In this document: in pieces, positions 1 through 7,694 of the stretch
How the letters are laid out: each line of letters opens with the position of its first letter
Position numbering within the stretch: the first letter of the stretch is position 1
IMG/VR virus record: IMGVR_UViG_3300037419_001742
Span: 1 to 30,896 of that record
Reading direction: 5' to 3' (one strand)
DNA: 30,896 nt
DNA from: a virus
Lineage: Duplodnaviria; Caudoviricetes
Position numbers and translations under genes: made by a program
The notes under the pieces: generated by a model
What the model saw: the letters and a program-made list of their open reading frames with translations, nothing else
Database searches by the model: none
What the model was told of the DNA's origin: nothing

Positions 1-181
1 CCGTGGCGTTCGCGAGCTCGCGCTGCGTGTGCTTGCCGTGGCGGTGCAGGATCGGCTTGGCCTTCGGGTCCTCGCCGCGGTAGATCGCCGCCGCCGTCTG
101 GCCGGCGTGCCGGAGCACGAGGTAGACGTAGGGGGCGACGCTGGCCGGGCACGGGCAACCGTCGATGACGCGGAACTTCAT
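1..181 (-). CDS. Probable endolysin, N-terminal part only (runs off window)
   Basis: Not in ORF track; hand translation MKFRVIDGCPCPASVAPYVYLVLRHAGQTAAAIYRGEDPKAKPILHRHGKHTQRELANAT after a GGAGG RBS; follows two membrane proteins; YR...Q..L pattern resembles the start of M15-type peptidases. Confidence 0.5.
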   Translation of the reverse strand, partial: MKFRVIDGCPCPASVAPYVYLVLRHAGQTAAAIYRGEDPKAKPILHRHGKHTQRELANAT

Positions 182-211
182 GGGCGGCCTCCTTCGGCCG
201 GGTGAGGGGCG

Positions 212-577
212 CTACTGGTGCGCGTCGTGCTCGAGCCGACGAACCTGAGCCTCGAGCTTCACGACGCGGCGCTTGAGCGTGCGGACCTCGGCCTCGGAGT
301 CCAAGGCCTTGACCTTCCAGGCCTCCGAGGAGGCCTTGTAGCGGTCGCGCTCCTCGAGGACGGTGCGCAGCTCTGAGCGCAGCTCGTCCATCTCGCCCGA
401 GATACGGGTGACCTCGCCCTCGAGGCGCTCCATCAGCTCGAGCGACGTCGACACGTTGACCTGCGCCGCGTTGACGTTCATGTTCACCGTCTCGGGCCCG
501 AACTTCCGCCACGCGACGATCGCGCCGAGGAACACGCCAACCGCGCCGACGATGGTGCTCAGCTCGGCGATGTTCAT
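212..577 (-). CDS. Membrane-anchored coiled-coil protein of lysis cassette (holin-associated)
   Basis: C-terminal part of ORF 212..1258 from MNIAELSTIVGAVGVFLGAIVAW: one N-terminal TM helix then heptad-rich helix; ATGA overlap with upstream gene. Confidence 0.75.
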   Translation of the reverse strand: MNIAELSTIVGAVGVFLGAIVAWRKFGPETVNMNVNAAQVNVSTSLELMERLEGEVTRISGEMDELRSELRTVLEERDRYKASSEAWKVKALDSEAEVRTLKRRVVKLEAQVRRLEHDAHQ

Positions 578-999
578 GCGCCGCCCCGGCGCTCGAGCCG
601 GCGGATGAGGAACCGCACGCGAGCCGCGCAGAATACGAACGCGCTGAACGCGATGGCCACGCCCGGCACCGGCGGGTGGGGGACGGTCGCGGTGGCGATC
701 GCGTCGATGAGGACCGCCATCCCGAAGCACATCTGCCCCAGCAGCTCGGTCCGCGGGCGGATCAGCAGCACGCCCCAGACGATCAGCGCGCCGCCGATCG
801 CCCATCCGACGTTCCAGACGATCTGCAGGGTGCCGTGCAGCTCCCGCTGTGCCGCCGAGGCCTGCGAGCCCGAGGGGTCCAGCAGGAGGCCGAGTGCGGC
901 GAGCAGCCCGATCATGCCGACGAGCGCCCAGCCGAGGCTGTCCTCGCGGTAGGCACGGCGCGCCTGCTCTGCGCCTTGAAGGCGTGTCATCGGCGTCAT
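574..999 (-). CDS. Four-TM membrane protein, holin candidate
   Basis: Four hydrophobic segments and a basic C-terminus (RVRFLIRRLERRGGA); lies between tail genes and putative endolysin; start uncertain (999 or 990). Confidence 0.65.
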   Translation of the reverse strand: MTPMTRLQGAEQARRAYREDSLGWALVGMIGLLAALGLLLDPSGSQASAAQRELHGTLQIVWNVGWAIGGALIVWGVLLIRPRTELLGQMCFGMAVLIDAIATATVPHPPVPGVAIAFSAFVFCAARVRFLIRRLERRGGA

Positions 1000-1173
1000 C
1001 GGTGAGAGGATCTGTCGGGCATGAGGGGGCTGCCTCCTCGTGAAGTCCCTCGGCGGCGGGCGCAATCCGCCGTCGAGGGGCGCTTGGTTCTCGGGTGCGC
1101 AGGTCAGCGCGGCAACACGAACTACCGACGATGCTGTCGGCAGTCGCGTAGCGGGCTACGCTGCGTTCTGCCG

Positions 1174-1689
1174 ATGCGCGCTCGCACTCTTCTAGCTGTC
1201 GCTCTGGCACTGCTGGTCGTGGGCTGCGGCGGCGCCGCGGCAGCGGACACCGGCACACCGATCAGCACACCGACGTATCCGGGGCAACGGCCGGCGACAG
1301 ACGCGCGCACGATGGTCGAGGTCGACGTCGCGACCGCGTACTGGCGCTCGCGTGGGCTCACCGGCTGTATCAGCGGTGTGCGAGCGTTCTACGCACGGTC
1401 ACTGCGCGACGGTGACGGGCTGGCGGTCGGCCGAGGTGGCGACTGCACCATCTGGCTCGACGCTCAACCAATCGAGGACCTGCGCTATGAGCTGCCGGGC
1501 ACGGGGCGCTGGGCGTGGCGCGACGATGCCAAGCAGGAGTGCTGGATCGTCCTGCATGAGGTTGGGCACGCGCTCGGCCTCGCTCACGAGGACGCTGACC
1601 GGTTCCCAGTGATGGATCCGAATCACGGCACTCCCACGCCGCGCGAGTGCGCCCGGCTCGCCCGCCTGCTGTACCCGCGTCGCCGCTAG
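1174..1689 (+). CDS. Lipoprotein zinc metalloprotease, metzincin/matrixin-like
   Basis: Signal peptide with lipobox LLVVG-C; HEVGHALGLAH matches HExxHxxGxxH; downstream PVMDP Met-turn. Confidence 0.85.
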   Translation: MRARTLLAVALALLVVGCGGAAAADTGTPISTPTYPGQRPATDARTMVEVDVATAYWRSRGLTGCISGVRAFYARSLRDGDGLAVGRGGDCTIWLDAQPIEDLRYELPGTGRWAWRDDAKQECWIVLHEVGHALGLAHEDADRFPVMDPNHGTPTPRECARLARLLYPRRR

Positions 1690-2384
1690 ATGACCTGCAG
1701 CTCGGCCAGCACGATCGCCTGCGCGCCCGTGGCCGGCGCGGCGTTGAAGTAGGCCTCCATGGAATAGATGCCTGCGGCGAGAGGAGCCAGCGGACTGATC
1801 GTGAGTTCCCTGATGTCAGAGGCGGCCAGCGTGGGGGTACTGGCCGACCCCACGATCGCCTCGCTCGCCATGGCGGGAGGCGAGCCTGAGGCGCCGGAAA
1901 CACTGGTCGTCTGCTTGAGCCGCAGCGCGACGGTCTGCCCAGGCGTGACCGAGTTCGTGAGCACCACCCAGCGGATTTGGTAGGTCGGGTTCAGAACGCC
2001 CTCGGGGGCGTGGTCGGCGGGATTCACCCACGCGGCGCCGAGGATCGGCGGAATCGGCGCGGTCCCGTTGACGGCCAGCGTGACCTTCGTAGTGCTTGTC
2101 ACGATCGCCTGCGCTCGCATGACGGTCTTCCGGATGGCGCCCGCGATCTCCTGCCACCCGGTGCCGTAGTCGCGGTAGATGCGGCCGGTCGCCGGGACGC
2201 GGTAGAGGCGACCGGGGATTCCCGGCACGCTGGGGCTCGACGTCGGCCGACTGGCGAAGGAACCCTCGCTGTAGCCGACGAACGTAGAGTCGATCGCGGT
2301 GAGCGCCGCGTTGACGTCGGTCGGACCGTTCTTGACGGGCGCGTTTGGGTCGAGCGTGGGGATCGCGTACTTGGTGGTTGCCAC
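1686..2384 (-). CDS. Short tail fibre / minor tail protein
   Basis: Directly after baseplate genes; GRIYRDYGTGWQEI fibre-type motif; beta-rich C-terminus; GGAG RBS with GTG start. Confidence 0.65.
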   Translation of the reverse strand: MATTKYAIPTLDPNAPVKNGPTDVNAALTAIDSTFVGYSEGSFASRPTSSPSVPGIPGRLYRVPATGRIYRDYGTGWQEIAGAIRKTVMRAQAIVTSTTKVTLAVNGTAPIPPILGAAWVNPADHAPEGVLNPTYQIRWVVLTNSVTPGQTVALRLKQTTSVSGASGSPPAMASEAIVGSASTPTLAASDIRELTISPLAPLAAGIYSMEAYFNAAPATGAQAIVLAELQVI

Positions 2385-2395
2385 TCAGGTCTCCT

Positions 2396-2986
2396 CTACA
2401 CGTCGCCGGGGGCGAGGGTCTGCCACGTCTCGGCGGCCCCGACCGTGTTCCAGGTGAGCGTCGCCTCTGACCAGATTGGGTCGTTGCTCACCACGACGGT
2501 CTGCACGGCACCCGCGGCCTTCTGCGAGAGTGCGGCGCGTGTCGTCGCGGCGGCGTCGGGCGTCTCGCTCGTGCGGGTGATGACGGTCTGCGCCCACGGG
2601 TCGCCGCCAACGGCGTTGAGCACATTGACGAACTGTGTCCCTGTCAGCGTCGCCTGCACGGCCTCGACGATCGCCCGCGTGGTCCCGCGGTAGAAGCCCG
2701 CCGCCGCCTTGATCCGCGCGCGCTGCTGCGCCTCGGTGAGGTCGGACGGGAGCAGCTTGACGCCGGGGAACTGCGCGAGCCACGGCAGCCACGCCGCCGG
2801 GCAGGTGTCGGGGTCGAGCAGCGGCTGCCACGCGAGCTGGGTGTCCGTGTCGCGGGCGACGTCGTCCACGTTGGACTGCGGCAGGGCCAGCGTCTCCGCG
2901 AGCGCGCGGACGATGCCGCCGTTCTCGTCGTCGTAGGTCGCGAGGGGCGCGAGCCGGTCGTACAGGCGGTCTGCGGCCGTGGTCAT
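2396..2986 (-). CDS. Baseplate/tail protein, P2 gpI-like
   Basis: From MTTAADRLYDRL; LDPDTCPAAWLPWLAQFPGV and QRARIK...RGTTRAI motifs typical of gpI family; ATGA overlap with baseplate J. Confidence 0.85.
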   Translation of the reverse strand: MTTAADRLYDRLAPLATYDDENGGIVRALAETLALPQSNVDDVARDTDTQLAWQPLLDPDTCPAAWLPWLAQFPGVKLLPSDLTEAQQRARIKAAAGFYRGTTRAIVEAVQATLTGTQFVNVLNAVGGDPWAQTVITRTSETPDAAATTRAALSQKAAGAVQTVVVSNDPIWSEATLTWNTVGAAETWQTLAPGDV

Positions 2987-4368
2987 GGTGCGGCGCTCAC
3001 GGTTCCGTCGACGGTCGTCGCCGGCGGCGCGGCCGGGAGCGCGGCCGGGCCGGTCATCGTCACGTCGCTCGTTGCGCCGTTGAGCGTGACCGCGGCGCCG
3101 GTGATCGCCACGCCGGAGGCGCTCGCGGTCGCGTTCGCGCTCATGACCATCGTCGCCGTCCCGGCGCCGGAGAGGATCCGCGTGCCGGCGGGGATGCCGG
3201 TCCCGCTGATCGCCATCCCGTTCTTCCAGCCTGTCGTCGGCGTGACGACGGTCAGGTTCGGACTGCCGCTCGTCGTCGTCGCGGTCCCGGCGACGCTCGC
3301 CGTGTAGTCCAGCCCCTCGGTGTTCTCGATGGCCGTGACGATGTCGCGAAAGCGGACGATCGGCTTGTCGAGCCACACCTGCTGATCGCCGAACGGCGGC
3401 AGCCCCCAGTTCGCCGGGCTCAGGAAGTCCAGCACGGCCTGCTCGGCGCGGGCCTGCACGTCGGCCGGGTCGAAGCCGGTGTAGGCGACCGCGTTGAAGA
3501 CGACGGTGATCGCCGTGTACGTCGGCGCGATCACGTGAATCGTCAGGATCGACACGGCGTCCGCCTGTAGGTCCGCGAGGACCGTGCCGCGGACCGTGGA
3601 GCCGGGGTCGAGGCCGTCCGGGTCGCGCACGGCGACGGTGATGTGGCCTGGCTGGTTCGCGGTGCTCGTCGCCGCGTTGTAGAGATCGATCGCGAGCGCT
3701 AGCCCGACGCCGTCCTCGTCCCGGGCGCGGATAGCGAAGTCGTCGGGCAGCACGAGTGTGCGGGCCATGAGCGACGCCTCGTCGGCGAGCCGGTTGCGGT
3801 AGGTGTCGACGTCCTCCTCGTCCTCGCCGCCCGTCGTCGGCGCCTCGACGGTGATCGTGTCCAGCCACGTGAACGTCAGGTCTGGCTGCGGGTCGGCCTG
3901 CAGCCCGGTCCCGGCCGCGCCGCCCGTCGTCGCGAGGATCGTGACCTCACCGGTCGCGGTCGAGGCTACGCCGCCGGCCATCGTGACCTCGTTGACGGTC
4001 ACGAACGGGACGCGGGTGCCGTCGGCCGCCGCGAGCGACAGGCCGGTCCCGGCTGGGATGGTCAGCGGCGCCGAGAGCGGGAACTCGGCGACGTCGACGC
4101 GCGTCCACGTCGTCGTCGTGTCCGCCTGCGTGGCCGCCTCGCGCGGCAGGCGCAGGATCTTCGCGCCGAAGGAGTCCCACACGAGGTCGGTGACCTCGGT
4201 GATGAGCTGCGCGTTGGTCGCGTCGCGCTCGGAGGTCGCCTCGATGAGGAAGTACAGGGTGCTGCCGACGACGACGACGAGGCCGGGCACCCGGCCCTGT
4301 AGGTAGTCGATCTTCTCCTGGGTGATCGCAGAGGCGTCGACCTCGACGGCGACAGAGAGATAGGCCAC
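2983..4368 (-). CDS. Baseplate J/gp47-like wedge protein
   Basis: TIPAGT, TGGEDEEDVDTYRNRL, PGHITVAV motifs; follows gp25-like gene. Confidence 0.92.
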   Translation of the reverse strand: MAYLSVAVEVDASAITQEKIDYLQGRVPGLVVVVGSTLYFLIEATSERDATNAQLITEVTDLVWDSFGAKILRLPREAATQADTTTTWTRVDVAEFPLSAPLTIPAGTGLSLAAADGTRVPFVTVNEVTMAGGVASTATGEVTILATTGGAAGTGLQADPQPDLTFTWLDTITVEAPTTGGEDEEDVDTYRNRLADEASLMARTLVLPDDFAIRARDEDGVGLALAIDLYNAATSTANQPGHITVAVRDPDGLDPGSTVRGTVLADLQADAVSILTIHVIAPTYTAITVVFNAVAYTGFDPADVQARAEQAVLDFLSPANWGLPPFGDQQVWLDKPIVRFRDIVTAIENTEGLDYTASVAGTATTTSGSPNLTVVTPTTGWKNGMAISGTGIPAGTRILSGAGTATMVMSANATASASGVAITGAAVTLNGATSDVTMTGPAALPAAPPATTVDGTVSAAP

Positions 4369-4370
4369 GC

Positions 4371-4688
4371 CTAGCTCCCCACCCCGACGCGCACGCCGAT
4401 GACCTCGAGCCCGGCGTCCAGCGCGGACGGATCCTCGTCGAGCACCGCCGCGGCGTCGGGCACGAACGTGGCAATCTGGCGCTCGATCTCGCCCACGTCA
4501 GCTCCGCCGGTGAGATGCGCCTGGTCTGAGAGCCCGAAGTCGGGCACGCCGGCCAGCCAGCCTCGCGGCGTGACGCACAGCAGGTGGACCTGGCCGGCGA
4601 TGTCGTCGATGTCGCCCTGATCGACGGTGGCGAGTTGGCCACCGATGACGCGCGGGGGGAAGGCGATCTGCTGCGGGACGTCGGACAT
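4371..4688 (-). CDS. Baseplate wedge / sheath initiator, gp25/gpW-like
   Basis: 105 aa; IAFPPR, LLCVTPRGW, PDFG motifs; synteny. Confidence 0.8.
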   Translation of the reverse strand: MSDVPQQIAFPPRVIGGQLATVDQGDIDDIAGQVHLLCVTPRGWLAGVPDFGLSDQAHLTGGADVGEIERQIATFVPDAAAVLDEDPSALDAGLEVIGVRVGVGS

Positions 4689-4710
4689 GTCGCCTCCGGT
4701 GAGAGGGGGT

Positions 4711-4962
4711 CTAGGTGTCGAAGGCGACCACCCATGGGGTGGCGTCCTCGTCAGCGAGGATCAGCAGGCACTCGTCACCCACGCTCGGGAGCGGTGTGGG
4801 CGCCTGCCAGCGGCACGGGCCGATCTTGTGGGTGCCGCCGTCGAAGCTCGAGGCGAGCACCCACAGCTCGTCGGCACCGGTCGCGGGTGCGGGCGCCGCG
4901 ACCGTGGCGTTGTAGGCGTGCAGGTCGGCCGGGGTGCTCGCGGCGAGCTGGTCGGCGCGCAT
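4711..4962 (-). CDS. Minimal baseplate spike (gpV/gp5 OB-fold only)
   Basis: 83 aa from MRADQLAAS; LPSVGDECLLIL...PWVVAF resembles the spike OB-fold signature; TGATG coupling to hub. Confidence 0.65.
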   Translation of the reverse strand: MRADQLAASTPADLHAYNATVAAPAPATGADELWVLASSFDGGTHKIGPCRWQAPTPLPSVGDECLLILADEDATPWVVAFDT

Positions 4963-6965
4963 CAGTCCAGCCCGTAGGTGCGGTAGCCGATGAAGTCCGA
5001 GCGCACCAAGCCCGTTGGGTGGCTCAGGCCGGCGGACGGGCCCATGTTGTAGAAGGTGTTGTCGCCCGCGTAGACGTTCACGTGGGAGTTCAGGGCAGCC
5101 GGGTCGCCGTAGAAGGCCAAGTCGCCGGGCTGCGGGTCGCGGGTGCGCTGCCCGTTGGCCCACAGCGTGCCGGTGTAGCCCTGCCCGTCGTAGCCGCGCC
5201 CGTTCGGGTCGGGCGCCCCGCCGGCCTTGTAGACGAGCGTCGCGAAGCTCGAGCAGTCGAGATAGCGCGGAGCGGGCCCGAAGAGCGACGTCGGCATCGG
5301 GCGAGCGTGGGTGCCGCGCGCGTAGACATACTTCGAGCGCTGCTTGAAGGCCAACGCGCACGCCTGCAGGATCTTGTCGCGCGTCGAGCCCGACTCCGGC
5401 CGCGTCTCGGTCCGGATGATCTTGGTCTTGGGCGGCGCGGGCTCCTTGAGCTTCGGCGCCGGCCGGTGCAGCGTGATCGTCGAGTCCTCGGTGAAGAGGT
5501 CCTGCTGGTGCAGCGCGAGCAGCCACAGGCCGTTCAGCGCCCCCATGCCGTCGAGCTCGACGCGCCACGCCGGTGAGCCGACCCAGCGCGCCACGTTGGC
5601 CTCGATGACGATCTCACCGATCGGGATGCCGACGTCCTCGACGCTCGAGAAGCCGCGCAGCCCCTGCGTGTCCGGGGTGATCTCGAGCGTCGTCGCGGAC
5701 TGAAAGAGCCAGTCGTCGGGCGCGTACCAGATCTCGTTGGAGTCGATCCAGAAGCGCCAGTTGACCTCCTTCGCGAAGCGAGCGGCGGCGTCGAAGTAGG
5801 TCTCGCCCTTGCCGACCACGAACGAGAACGAGTGCTCGACGATCTTGACGCGCCCGACGCCACCCCACGCGTCGAGGATCGTCTGCGCCTCGGTCGCCCA
5901 CTGGCCGTAGAAGCCGATCCCGACCGCCTTGGACGGGAAGTTCGCCAGCGAGCCCTCGACGGTCAGCGCGATCTCGCCGGGCCCCATGTTGGGGTTCGCG
6001 GCGGCGAGCTTGATCGCGCCGCCGCCCTGGTAGCCGCGCCCACCCTGCAGGAAGCTCGTGGCCTGCTCCTTGGTGCGCGTCGGCGCGCTCATCCCCGCGA
6101 ACCAGTTCGGCGTGCCCGGCACCGCCACAGCGCCCTGGAAGACCCCGCCGTACCCGGACCCCTCGTGGTTCATCTGGTCGATGAAGTCCGACTCGGCGAT
6201 CCCGGCGCACAGCATCGCGATCGTCGCGCGATCCCCGGCCTGCAGGTCGTCGGCGACGCCGAGCGCGATCTCGACGTTGCGCTTCTGCGCGGGCGTGATC
6301 GTGACGTTCTGCATCCGCAGGCGCCGCCAGTGCGCGAGGCCCTTCTGGCGCTCCTTGCGCTTGGCCTTGGCGTCCTGGCCCTTGACCGGCTCGAAGCGCG
6401 AGAGCGCCGGGGTCAGGTAGGCGATCGTGCTGCCGACCGAGTCGTTGATCAGCGACTCGATGGCCTCGGCGCGCGTGTAGCCGAAGTGATCGTTGCGGCT
6501 GCGCTGGCGGCGGTAGCGGCGCGGCCCCTTCTTGTGGCGCATTAGCGTCGCCAGCTCGTCCTCGAAGGTGAGCGTGATCTTGTTGGCGCCCGGCCCGTAG
6601 TTGGTCGAGACGCCCGCGAGGCGGAACGCGACGCCGTCGAGCACGAGGCGCGCGTCGCCGTAGCGAGCCCAGTCGGCCTGGTCGAACTGCTCCTGGCGGA
6701 CCTTGCCCTTGCGGCTGATGAGCCCTGAGGTGAGGATCCGCAGGTCGTGGTCGTCGAGCTCGAGCTCGAGCGAGGTGGCCTGGTCGTAGCCGCGGGTCAT
6801 CGTCGCCGAGAGCAACCGGCCGGTGATGTCGGCGTCCATCTGCGCCCCGTCGAGCAGCATTCGCTCGGCAAAGCGCGCCTGGATCTCCGGTAGCGGGCGG
6901 GTCGAGACGGTGCGCACGCTCGCCGCCGCGATCTCGGCGAGGCCCGCCTGCGTGAGGGCGCTCAC
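4962..6965 (-). CDS. Baseplate hub (gpD/gp27-like) fused to C-terminal NlpC/P60 peptidoglycan peptidase
   Basis: LDCSSF, PQPGDLAFY, SHVNVYAG NlpC/P60 motifs; GETYFDAAARFAKEVNWRFWID and VELDGMGALNGLWLL hub-type motifs. Confidence 0.85.
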   Translation of the reverse strand: MSALTQAGLAEIAAASVRTVSTRPLPEIQARFAERMLLDGAQMDADITGRLLSATMTRGYDQATSLELELDDHDLRILTSGLISRKGKVRQEQFDQADWARYGDARLVLDGVAFRLAGVSTNYGPGANKITLTFEDELATLMRHKKGPRRYRRQRSRNDHFGYTRAEAIESLINDSVGSTIAYLTPALSRFEPVKGQDAKAKRKERQKGLAHWRRLRMQNVTITPAQKRNVEIALGVADDLQAGDRATIAMLCAGIAESDFIDQMNHEGSGYGGVFQGAVAVPGTPNWFAGMSAPTRTKEQATSFLQGGRGYQGGGAIKLAAANPNMGPGEIALTVEGSLANFPSKAVGIGFYGQWATEAQTILDAWGGVGRVKIVEHSFSFVVGKGETYFDAAARFAKEVNWRFWIDSNEIWYAPDDWLFQSATTLEITPDTQGLRGFSSVEDVGIPIGEIVIEANVARWVGSPAWRVELDGMGALNGLWLLALHQQDLFTEDSTITLHRPAPKLKEPAPPKTKIIRTETRPESGSTRDKILQACALAFKQRSKYVYARGTHARPMPTSLFGPAPRYLDCSSFATLVYKAGGAPDPNGRGYDGQGYTGTLWANGQRTRDPQPGDLAFYGDPAALNSHVNVYAGDNTFYNMGPSAGLSHPTGLVRSDFIGYRTYGLD

Positions 6966-7694
6966 CTAGGGCACCCTGATCTTCGTGCCCGCCGCGAAGA
7001 CCTGACCGAACCGTGCCCACGGGTTGGCCTTCTGCAGGTCGCTCGCGCGGCCCGGGTCACCGTACACGCGGCGCGCGATGTCGTAGAGCGTCTCGCCCTG
7101 CCGGGCACGCACCGTGCGCCGTCCGCGCAGCCCCTGCCCGCCACGGATCGTCTCGGCGAGCACGAGGTCGACGACGGCCTCGATGAGATGCAGCGTGCAA
7201 CCGAAGCGCTCGCGGCTCCCATCGTTCTTGTAGCGCGTCAGCGCCGGGTTCTCCTCGATGGGCTGCAGACGCCAGTTGAGCTCGGTGTGCGGGATACCCG
7301 CGCCGGAGACGCTGATGACGGGGGGCTCGTGCGTGTCGCCTGCGCGCTGGGCGAGGCGCTCGAGGTCTGAGATGAGGCTCTCCACGCCGGCGCCACCGCC
7401 CTTGTCGAGCGCCATCGGGATGTCGAGCGTGTGCGGGTCGTGACCGGCGTAGCGCACGGCGCTGGCCCGACCGGGGCGCTCGACGATCTCGTAGCGCGGC
7501 TGGGGCATCGACGCCGACGGCTTGCCGGTCAGGCGGCCGATGACCTCAATCTTCGGCGTGTCGGCGCGCAGCACGACGGGGTCCAGGTAGAAGCCGCTGT
7601 GGCCGGGCAGCGTGGTCGCATCGACGGGCCGGTGATGCAGCGTGGGGAGGTTCGGCTCGATGTGCGCGACGGGCGGGCGGCGCTTGTGGGCCAT
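6966..7694 (-). CDS. LysM-domain tail tube initiator / baseplate protein
   Basis: C-terminal ARQGETLYDIARRVYGDP...LQKAN...GTKIRVP LysM; after tape measure. Confidence 0.85.
   Translation of the reverse strand: MAHKRRPPVAHIEPNLPTLHHRPVDATTLPGHSGFYLDPVVLRADTPKIEVIGRLTGKPSASMPQPRYEIVERPGRASAVRYAGHDPHTLDIPMALDKGGGAGVESLISDLERLAQRAGDTHEPPVISVSGAGIPHTELNWRLQPIEENPALTRYKNDGSRERFGCTLHLIEAVVDLVLAETIRGGQGLRGRRTVRARQGETLYDIARRVYGDPGRASDLQKANPWARFGQVFAAGTKIRVP

Noticed and set aside
204-1084. GAGGGGCGCT at 204 and 1075
   Set aside because: Only two GC-rich 10-mers; chance cannot be excluded
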